Shown here: positions 37,201-46,305 of the stretch, piece by piece
How the letters are laid out: every line of letters begins with the position of its first letter
Numbering within the stretch: the first letter of the stretch is position 1
Assembly (NCBI GenBank): GCA_964035545.1
Contig: OZ037772.1
Span: 4,778,233-4,842,232, forward strand
DNA: 64,000 bases
Direction of reading: 5' to 3'
Source: Bugula neritina
Lineage: Eukaryota > Animalia > Bryozoa
The notes under the pieces: model-generated
Seen by the model: only the letters and a program-made list of their open reading frames with translations
What the model was told of the DNA's origin: nothing
Database searches by the model: none
Made by a program: the position numbers and the translations under genes

Positions 37201-40200
37201 ATGTAGTATTATGACATATGGTTCTAGAATATATAAAAAATGTTACAATACTTTAATTTCCTATAACGCTTGAATTAAGTAAAAGTTGATGAGTTAGGTT
37301 TAGTATATAGTTTTTTTCTTGAAAAGATATACAGTTTAAGTTCTATTATATAATATACCTGCAGACTAAACCTAGCCATTGATCTGACAACATAACTTAT
37401 AATTGATTTTTAAATTATACAGTCTTTTATTAGATACAATAAAAATTGTTAATTTGACAATCTTTAAATTTGAAAGTATAACAAAAACAAATTATTTTAG
37501 CAAATCACCTGTGATTATCGAAAAGATATTATTTTATATGTGAATAAAATTTTAGTTGTACATCTGATGCTTTACTCTGTTTCGAAAAAAAAGGTCATGC
37601 TGCAGTACATGTTTCACATGCATATGTAACATCTACTGTTTATCTACTAATGTATTTTATTCCAACTTCATTTTCCATTGAATAAAATATGTATGTCAAT
37701 CGGCAATTTTATCTTAGAATTACATTGCTTTAGCTTAAAATGGTTGTATTACTATATGATGCTTCAACTGGTATATGTTTACTATAGCATGTCTGATCTG
37801 AAGAATCTGGAGACTCTTAAAATGTCAGAGAATAACTTCAGTGAAGGATTACCTGATGTATTCACATCAATGGCATCTCTAAGGAGGTTGTATATGCAGA
37901 TCTGTAAATTACCAACTCTACCTGAGGGGTTAGTGAGAATGCATTAGATAAAATGTTCATTAGTGTGAAGGATATAGTTCTTCAACAGAAGTCCTTTTTT
38001 TTATCAAAATTATCTGCAGTTTTTAAAGTTCTACAGTTTTTAAAGTTCTACAGTTTTACAAACCTTCTGCATTTCTTAAGTGCAATATATTAGGTTCACG
38101 GTAGAATCACAAGTACCAACTGTGTTACATACTTCCCATTGAAAGTCAACCACCGGCTTGCCAGCTGACGTTCTAGCCATTACACTACAAGTGTAATCCT
38201 AACACTCCATGCAACCAGTTATTCTAAACCCTGCTGGTTCCCTTACTACTCATTCAGTTTAGGCTTCCCGGGCCTCTCAACTCTCTTGGCGTACTACCAA
38301 AATGCTATACTAAATGTGAAAGAGCTTGCTAACAATTACACATGTGTCACTAGGTAATCTCAGCACTACACCAAGCTGTTCACATGTGCATTCATTTCCC
38401 TGCTATCATAGGATAGTTAAGGGCATCCTCACTAAGAATATCATAAATTTCTCTCAAAATGTAGTTTGGGTTCTTGAATAATATTGCTCTGCGGGTGGCA
38501 TGCGTGTTGCCTACTTGCAATTGTTTAGCCTAAGATCAAACTACAACCAGTAAGCAGCAACCTTCATTAGGACTGCGTCATTTATCAACATTACATTATG
38601 GGTGCTACATAAACAAAGTACAAAGCAAGCTATTCATTATAGCCTGCCAGCTAGCAAGCCTGTAATTAGCATGTATGCGCCAATATCTTCCCATCTCTAC
38701 GTGCTCATTGAAGCGTGAAGTGCTGCGCGCTGCTAGTTTCTTATGAGAAATATGGCATTTTCAGTGTATAAATCACCCATTTATGAGCAATCTAGCAGAG
38801 TTATTGAAAAAAAAATTGCACTGGAGAGATATCTCCGGATTCCAGCAGCGCAATTTTTATTCAGATATCATGTTTTGCTGCTGAGATATTTTACTGGTAC
38901 TGAAAAGTCAGCTTTTCTGGCAAAATTGGCCAAAATTGGGCAGTTTTTTGTCTATAACTTTGCAAAAAAAATGAAAATTGAAATTTTCCAAAAGGTTACA
39001 CTGGGGAAAAAGAAGATCTACAACATGGTTTTTAATTTTTGACTCTAGCATAATTAGGTGAGATTTTATTTTATTGGTACTGAATTCCTATATGATTACA
39101 ATGCATACCTCAGCAAGGCAGTTGCAGCTAAAAAGTTGCCCTTAACTATCCTGTGCAAGAATACATGGATGCTTCGAAAATTTAACCAATGGAACTTACT
39201 GGATTACATAATTATCAGGCAAAGGAATTTGAGTGAGGTTTTAGATACTTGAGCTGTAAGAAGAGCAGATTGTGGCACATATTATGTGATGCTAAAGTAA
39301 AAAATAAGGATTTAAAGAAAACACATTGCAAGAAAGACACAATTAAACTAAGCACTGTCATGCTGAAAGATCCAGAAAAAACAGAACAACTTAAAAAGAA
39401 ATTGAATAAGAATATAAAGTGTTGAGATGAAAATAATAATGAGATAGAGCAAATGTGGAAAATTTTGAGAACAGTGTTTTCAACTGATAGTGAAGTGGTT
39501 GAGAAGCAAGGCCGTAATAATCAGGATAGCTTAATGAGCATGATAAACTGCTACAACAGTTGATTGAGAAGAGAAACAAGGCAAGACAAGCTTTCTTCCA
39601 GTGTAATACCAGAGTGAAGAAAAGAGCTGCTTAAAAGCACAGAGCAGTCTTCAGAGGTATACCAGAGAAATGAAAAGTAACTGGTGGGAAGAAGAAGCAA
39701 TAGAACTCCAAATGACAGCAGACAGGAGGGACATGAAAGCATTATATTTAGGCTCAAAAGAAGCTTATGATCTGAAATCAAGAGTAATGATTCATCTCCG
39801 AGACCATAATGGACAAACAGTTTTACAAGAGAAGGGAAAAATATTAGAAAAATATCTGATCACTTCAATCAATTGCTTAACATACCAGGCGAGCTGGATA
39901 AAGCAGCAAAAAACATAGTGCAAAAGTCGCCTGTTGCATTTTTGGATGGTTCTCCCAATATGGATGAGCTCGTGTCAGCAAATAGCTCAACACAGGATGG
40001 AAAAGCTGTTGGCAGAAATGGTATTCTATCTTTGGTATGAAAGCATGGTGGTCAAAAAATGACAGGTGGTCTTTACAATACAGATTTTGTTGGACACCGA
40101 GACAGTACCACCAGACTGGACGGAAGCAAGCATTGTCCAATTTTTAAGAAAGGCGAAAGGAAAGTAAACAGGAATTATTGGGCATAATCTTGTATCTATT

Positions 40201-43200
40201 GTAGACAAGATTTCCTCTTGCATACTATCGGCTAAATGCATATACTACCCAAGAGGTGCTACTGGAGTCTCAGTGTGAATTCAGGAGTGGAAAGAAGCGC
40301 AAGTGTAAGAGAGGTGCAGAAAACATAATATGCTACTGTCCACAGCATTTTTTGACCCTAGTAAAGCATTTGATATTGTATATATTGCAAGCCTTTGGCA
40401 GGTTCTTAAAAGGTTTGACTGTACAGACAAGTTTATTTACATCAAGGAAGCTCTTCATACAGGCATGCAAGCAAATGTGGCAGTGGGCAGTTCCATCTCA
40501 AATAATTTTGCAGTAACAAATGGAGTCAAACAAAGGTGTTTCCTTGCACTAACACTTTTCTCACTCTACCGGTCAGCAATGCTTGAGGTTGCGTTCAAAG
40601 ACAGCTCCGAAGGAGTATCATAAAAACTAGAAAAGAGGCAGATCTTGTTGACGTTGCTCATGTCAAGTCAAAATTTAAAACCACTACTGAGTGAGTAAAA
40701 GATTTGCTATTTGCTAGTGATAGTACTTTAGTTGCTCTTCATTCTTATGCTATACAGACTCCAGTCAACAGATTTGCCAATGCTGCAAAATATTATAATC
40801 TCAAAATTATCATCAAGAAGACAGAATGCCTCTACCAGCTTGCAAATTTTGAAAATGCAGGTGTACCGTGCTACGTTACTCGCTGCCTTACTGTATGGTG
40901 TTGAGACTTAGAACATACACAGTGTGCTAGTAGACAGACTGCAAGCGTATGTCATGCAATATCTATGCTCAATCATGGGTGTCTTTTAGAAGGACAAGAT
41001 TACTAACCAAGAAGTATTAAAGAGAGCTAGCTTAGCATCTCTAAAATCTATCCTTATTCAAATGAACTTGAGATAGCTAGGACATCTCGAGACGACAGAT
41101 CATGGCCATTTATGTTAACAAATTCTCTATTCGCAGCTGAAAAAAAGTACACAAAGCCAAGGAAGGCCAAGATTTAGATTTAAAGACACTGTAAAGCGAA
41201 ATATAAAAAAGTTGGACATGTACAGAGATAGCTGGCAAAGGAAGGGTTAATGTAGATATGGATGGAGACGTTTGATCAAACTAAATTGAAAAGAGTCATT
41301 GTCGCACCGACAGACTGCTCTGATGACGACAGTGATGGTGATGATGATAATGATGATGATAATGAAGATGATGATAATGATGATATTGATTCTCATTATT
41401 ACTTTTGTTGTTATTTTAAGATCATAAAAAAATAGATATTTAATTTGTTTTAAAAAACAGTTAGGTTTGATGTATCATATTATATTTCATGATATTTTGC
41501 TGTATTTAGTTTGCTTCCAAGCGATGCTGAAAAATTTCTACAGTAAAACAGTTGCATAGAGTTGAGGTTTTTTAAATGACGTGTTTAAGAAAAATTCCCC
41601 GTGATGAGTTTGCAGACATCTTTGCAAATGCGTTATCGTCTGAAATAGGTGAAATATATTTTTTTAAAGATCTTCAAAAGCTATATTCAGAAGCGACTTG
41701 TTTGTTAGAATCTGACTTATTATATATCATATTTTATCTGAATTACAGTTTGCAGTATTTGGAGAATCTGGAAGTTCTGAACATTGGGCACAACAACATG
41801 ACTATAATTCCAGAGGCTGTCTGCAACTTGAAAAAATTATACAGACTAGAAGTTTCTGGATGCAAAGCTCTAACCACTCCCCCTTATGAAGTCTGTACAC
41901 AAGGATTATCAGCTATCAGACAATACTACAAAGATCTGGCAAAAGGTAAAGGTGAAAGTCTTCCCCTAGTCACCATTGCCGTGATTGGTCACACAATGGC
42001 AGGGAAAACGAGTCTCATCAGAACATTGCAGAGTGAAGAGCGAAAGCGAGTGCTGACAAATCGTGGACCTGAGTTTGAAGTTGACGAAACAACTAAAGTC
42101 TTTAAAGTTGAAGAGTTAAAAGTAAATAACACAGTTCTGAGACTAATAGACCTGGGAGGACAGCCAGTGTATCACATGACATACCAGCTAACACTTAAAC
42201 AAAACTGCATGCCGATAGTAGTGGTGAACATGGAGCACTATGATCTGCTGGCAAAGGAGAAAGGAGACAGAGAGGCTGTGAGAAGACTGGCTTTTGATTG
42301 GCTGGCTCATTTATATGTGGCAAATCCTGGAATTAGACAACCGAAACTGGTTTTTACTCACAAAGACAAGTTTGAAGAGGAGAATTTCACAAAGCTGACT
42401 TCTAATTTCACCAACACAGCTGATCTACTAAAAGATGAAATCATCAGAGAAGAGAAACAACTAGACCAAAGCATAGCAGAGATAGAACATTTCCATCAAC
42501 ACAAAGAGCTGTTCCTGCGTAAGGATATCTACTCAGTTGGGAAAGAAGATACTTATCAAATTTTTGAGAATATGAAATCTGCCATCTTTAATTCAGCTCA
42601 AAAATTTGTAAAAGTGTTGCCAAAACTATGGGAAGATGTGAATGAGAAGATTTTAGGATTGCAGACAGCATTCAGTACATTTGATGAAATACTTCATGCA
42701 GTGCAGCAAGTAGGTAGAGGTATCACACCTGATCAACTCACCACGATCCTCACCTACATGCATGATTGTGGTAAGATCTTGTGGTACAAAGATATCAAGG
42801 AGTTGAACTTGATTATTTTTCACAAAATTGCGAAAGTTACTGAGCTACTCAAAGTCTTGTTTCAGCATGATGAAAATGTGTGGCAGATTCGGCAAACAAG
42901 TTTCAAACCACAGCTTCTGACTAACGGAGCTTTTCTTGAGGAAGAACAGTTTGAGAAATTTGTAGGAGATTTCTTGTCAGCAGGAATCATGGAGAGCCAA
43001 CTTCTAGAACATTTAATCAAAGCTGAGACAGCATTCTTTGATGAAAATGCATACCTACTTGCTGTCACTTTGCTGCAGAAATTCAGCATTCTCTACGGAC
43101 CAGCTGATCTGGAATCAAGGAGCTGCTTCATTGTTCCCTTCTACTCTCCTGATTACTTAGAGAACAATCTTACTACTGATGAAGACATCATTCTCCATGC

Positions 43201-46200
43201 TGAGATCATGTTCAAAGGTTTCTCAATTCCACAATATGTCTACCAGCAGATGAGTGTTGTTGTCCTACAAATGTTCCCGGATGAAACAAGTGTTTCCCTT
43301 GTTAGAAAAAACGGAGTAAAGGTTTTCCACGATGACATCTCAGTGCGCCTTGTCCATGATGGTCTCTCAAGAAAGGCAGATGTAACAGTGTCTGGAGCAA
43401 CAGAGAAAATCACAGATTGTTGGAAACACATGGTCAGCATAACCAGGCAAATATCCAAGGAGATTCGGCGTTCATGGCCTGCCAGCAGAATGGTACACAA
43501 GTCTAGTTGTACACACTGCATTCTGAAAGATGACTCCAGTCCTGAGTTTCAGGTTACTCCCAGCTGGTGTCTTGACTTTCAAACTGAGAAGCCATATCAA
43601 CAGTTTCAGAGGAAGACGGTGACAGTTTTCTGTAGAGGGGAGAAGATTTTGAGCCCACTTGTTCACCCCTGTAAGTCAGTAATAAGTAGTTTTGTAATGT
43701 TTCAATTGCAATACTAGTTACCTGTTACCAACACTGAGAACATGTCTGCTGTTGCTATTTCAGGCACCCCTTTGACAAGCCAAGATACTCAACGACTTAA
43801 AAACACCATTGCAGAACTGAGAGAAAAAAAACAAGGGAAAAGCTTCAAAACTGGCAAGTCACCATTGTTATTTAACATCTAGTAAATTCTTTCCTCATTT
43901 AGTATGTTGATGTATAACAAATATATATATGTCAAGTTTGTTGTTGTTGCAATACCAAAAACATTTTAAAACAAAAAAAACTAGGGCAAGGTGACCGATG
44001 CAAAAGTTATTGCAGGAAAAAATACTAGAAATCTAAGTGTCTGCATTTATACATTTTTATTCTATCAGCATATTATTTTAATAAAACAATATGATTATAT
44101 TCACAATATAGAAACTGTCAAATCACATCAGCAAACCACAACCACCTCTGTGGAAGATGAGCTGAGTGATCTCTCTGATGATGATGAATATATTCTACCT
44201 CCACCATCTGCTGTTGACAAAATAAAACATCTTAAGCAAGTCCCTGTCTTTACAACTAAACAAAGTATAAAAGAGCTCTTTTCAAACACTGAGAAGGTAA
44301 TGTAACAGCTTTACGTACAACTCTATGGAAAGCCTTCAGCATTGCTCAAAAATACATGTATAGTAGTAATTTAAAAATATTTGTACTATTTTTATTTCAC
44401 AATTATAAAAAAAAGTGTGTTATTAGTATTAACTTCCTAGCGTGCCTGTGTTATGCTCTAAGGGTATGTATGAACCTTATGTATTCCAATTAGGTGTTTG
44501 GTATGACAATGCCAAGAGGAACCGCTTTGATAATCAACAATGAAAAGATAACCAATAGCTCAGACAGACCAGGTTCTCAAGTTGATGTTCAAAATCTGAG
44601 TGACATGCTACGATCCTTTCAGTTCAATATTGAGATGAAAACAGATCTCACAGCTGAGGTGGCAGTTATGACCAATTTTGTTGTTTCTTTTAATTAATTT
44701 TAAGCTATATAATCACAAGTGTTGTTATAAAGCAAATTTGACTCAGATATAATATAAGAGCTGAGTTTAAATCTTTTGATTTCTAATAATTTATAAGTTA
44801 AAAGTTACAATTGTGCTTCTCATTTGCTTTTATATACTGTTAACCGTCTGAATTGTTTTACAAAAGCTCACAACTTTTACACAAATATACTCATTATTTC
44901 CAATTTTTTTAAACAAACAGGAATTATACCAAACGGTTAAAGCAGAAATTAACAACAGCAGAAATGCTGACCACGGAATGTTCTTTCTGTTCATTGGTTC
45001 TCATGGAGTTGAGAATCATGTGTATGGATCAGATGGAGAGTTGGTAAAACTGACAGACCTGTATGACCTGCTATCTGTTCCTCAGAATCCAGTGGTTGCT
45101 GATAAGCCTAAACTGGTTGTCATCCAAGCTTGCAGCATTGGTGAGTATTCTATAACCTGCATCTTACTATAAGCCAATGTATTACAGCATCAAAAGTACC
45201 TCTACCAATCAAATACAATATATGAATCATTTAGATCTACCTAAATCTAAAAAAACAGAACACCCTGGTGCTGAGACTGCTACACCTTCAGTTTCTGTTG
45301 CTAGTACCAGAGACAGAAGTCTGCTGGAGAGACGTCATGGTGAAAATTTATATGTTATGAAAGCTAGCTTTCCGTGTGAGTAAAAAATTCTCTTTTTTGG
45401 ATTAGTGTGTTCTCTGTAGATATTTGCTTTTACATCTAAACATAAAATTGTTCTGTATGTGCTAACTTTTTCACAAATAACCAAAATATTGCATTCCAGT
45501 TTATGTCAGTTAGTAGAGCAATATCCACGTTATTGACTATAGCTCTTCAAGTACTAAAAGTTCAGCTTTGTTGTATGTTATATAGCTTATAGTGCCTGGA
45601 GATTTTCTGACTGTGGATCTCTATTCATCAGATGCTTTGTCAGAACCATGTACCGACATGCCTGTCATAGAGACATGCATGAGATCTACAAAATTGTGAG
45701 TGTGCTACATTCCATCTGATATAATATAGTAACATATAGCTTCTTTCAAAACTTGTTAATGTATTCTGTGTCTCATCTCTTTTGTTTTCATAACGTGAAA
45801 GACCATAGTAATTAAGTGAAAATAACTCAGAACAAAATAGAAACACTTATTATGTTGACTTTCTCATGCTGAATTTATTTCTAAATTATGTTTCAACTTA
45901 CATTTAAGTCTAAGCAATTTTTTTGTGGTGACATGTTGCATTATTTTTATGTAGGTACAAAATCGGGTTAGAAAATTTTGTACGGAGAAAAGACTTCCTC
46001 TTGGACAACTACCAGTTGCTATAGACACTCTGACACACCATAGAAAACTCTACCTGTTTCCAGGATATGATGGAAGTTCTGGTCGAGAGAAGGAGCTGAG
46101 TTTACTTCAACTCAGGAAGAGATGCCAACATCCTCCATCCAAGCCGCTTCTGTCCAGTCTAGCTGCACAGTCCACACTGTCAGAGTCAGCTAGCACTTCA

Positions 46201-46305
46201 CAGCAGGCAGAGAGTGGGCAAGGCAGCAAATCAAATAACCAGAAGAGAAAATTAGACTTCAGCAAGGATAGCATCCAAATTATAAAACACAAAAAAATTG
46301 AGTGA
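28070..46305 (+). CDS. LRR-ROC-COR-caspase fusion gene (ROCO protein with C-terminal caspase); 5' end unresolved
   Basis: Eleven phase 2-2 LRR exons are frame-compatible with exon 41749-43670 (LRR-ROC-COR), followed by 43764-43853, 44112-44296, 44494-44658, 44921-45140, 45235-45375, 45586-45695 and 45955-46305. All phases match, giving ~1060 uninterrupted codons after the array. Confidence 0.8.
28986..29125 (+). pseudogene. LRR exon 2, frameshifted (140 nt)
   Basis: 1-nt deletion (agagattgaat versus agagaaatgaat in exon 5) produces an immediate TGA; splice sites are intact. Confidence 0.85.
30891..31031 (+). CDS. LRR exon 3
   Basis: MSNLKNLEVLDMPGNNFSEGLPDVFISMTSLRELHMQNCELPTPPG; ag/gt boundaries, phase 2-2. 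Confidence 0.85.
31808..31948 (+). CDS. LRR exon 4
   Basis: MSNLENLETLDMSQNNFSEGLPDVFTSMTSLKTLYMKNCELEMLPE; phase 2-2. Confidence 0.85.
32736..32876 (+). CDS. LRR exon 5
   Basis: MANLKNLETLYMPYNNFSEGLPDVVTSMTSLREMNISFCQLLTLPE; phase 2-2. Confidence 0.85.
33645..33785 (+). pseudogene. LRR exon 6, in-frame stop
   Basis: ...SLRVLYMEN*KLKTLPE; the conserved Cys codon TGT is TGA at 33760-33762; splice sites are intact. Confidence 0.85.
34566..34706 (+). CDS. LRR exon 7
   Basis: MSNLKNLETLHMPGNNFSEGLPDVLTSMTSLRTMYMQSCELPTLPE; phase 2-2. Confidence 0.85.
35482..35622 (+). CDS. LRR exon 8
   Basis: MSTLENLETLDLSQNNFSEGLPDVFTSMTSLRELHMKNCKLEMLPE; phase 2-2. Confidence 0.85.
36408..36548 (+). CDS. 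LRR exon 9
   Basis: MSNLKNLETLHMSGNKFSEGLPEVLTSMTSLRTLYMKNCELPTLPE; phase 2-2. Confidence 0.85.
36863..37003 (+). CDS. LRR exon 10
   Basis: MSNLENLETLHMSGNNFSEGLPEVFTSMKSLRELDMKNCKLEMLPE; phase 2-2. Confidence 0.85.
37788..37928 (+). CDS. LRR exon 11
   Basis: MSDLKNLETLKMSENNFSEGLPDVFTSMASLRRLYMQICKLPTLPE; phase 2-2. Confidence 0.85.
38407..39155 (-). mobile_element. MITE copy 5 (inverted relative to copies 1, 3 and 6)
   Basis: cataggatagttaagggcatcc ... gttgcccttaactatcctgtg; no matching TSD, and the two flanks are unrelated sequences. Confidence 0.9.
39156..41390 (+). mobile_element. Degenerate, 5'-truncated RTE (BovB-like) LINE in the intron before the ROC exon
   Basis: NWWEEEAIELQMTAD, LLESQCEFRSG, FFDPSKAFD, GVKQRCFLALTLFSL, LFASD, GRPRFRFKDTVK, and a (gatgataat)n tail at ~41322-41390. 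Confidence 0.85.
41749..43670 (+). CDS. LRR-ROC(GTPase)-COR exon
   Basis: Terminal LRRs plus the PPxEVxxxG cap (TPPYEVCTQG), P-loop VIGHTMAGKTSL, G3 DLGGQ, G4 THKD, COR-A motif YMHDCGKILWY. Acceptor ttacag is phase 2 and donor gtaagt is phase 1. Confidence 0.92.
43764..44296 (+). CDS. Two linker exons (43764-43853, 44112-44296) joining COR to caspase
   Basis: TPLTSQDTQRLKNTIAELREKKQGKSFKT-ETVKSHQQTTTTSVEDELSDLSDDDEYILPPPSAVDKIKHLKQVPVFTTKQSIKELFSNTEK; joining them requires a GC donor (G|gcaagt). Confidence 0.7.
44494..46305 (+). CDS. Caspase (peptidase C14) p20/p10 domain exons plus C-terminal extension
   Basis: PRGTALIINN, RPGSQVD, DLTAE, FIGSHG (catalytic His), YGSDG, KPKLVVIQAC (catalytic Cys), SYSAWR....GSLFI, QLP...TL..KLYLFP. 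Stop at 46303-46305 overlaps aataaa. Confidence 0.93.

Larger units (their letters stand above)
27900..38406 (+). repeat. Tandem exon-intron array, ~0.92-kb exon spacing and ~1.84-kb two-exon (A/B) higher-order unit
   Basis: Exon starts at 28070, 28986, 30891, 31808, 32736, 33645, 34566, 35482, 36408, 36863, 37788. Two intron types alternate (gttagtgagaatgcat... and gttagtgaaagcaactc...). Confidence 0.95.

Noticed and set aside
28070-37928. LRR array as CRISPR-like or non-coding satellite
   Set aside because: The repeats are spliceable coding exons and the spacers are themselves homologous introns in a eukaryotic context.
38743-39042. Recurrent ORF QFLFRYHVLLLRYF (also 17260, 23777, 58253) as a gene family
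   Set aside because: It is internal to MITE copies, with inconsistent starts and stops and no transposase motif.
41576-41748. N-terminal 58 codons of the 713-aa ORF as a real start
   Set aside because: A good phase-2 acceptor at 41748 coincides with the start of LRR homology and matches the array phase; the upstream frame has no recognisable motif and is probably intron.
42862-43666. Minus-strand ORFs over the COR exon (also 8542-8799, 46107-46292)
   Set aside because: Antisense shadows of plus-strand coding exons.
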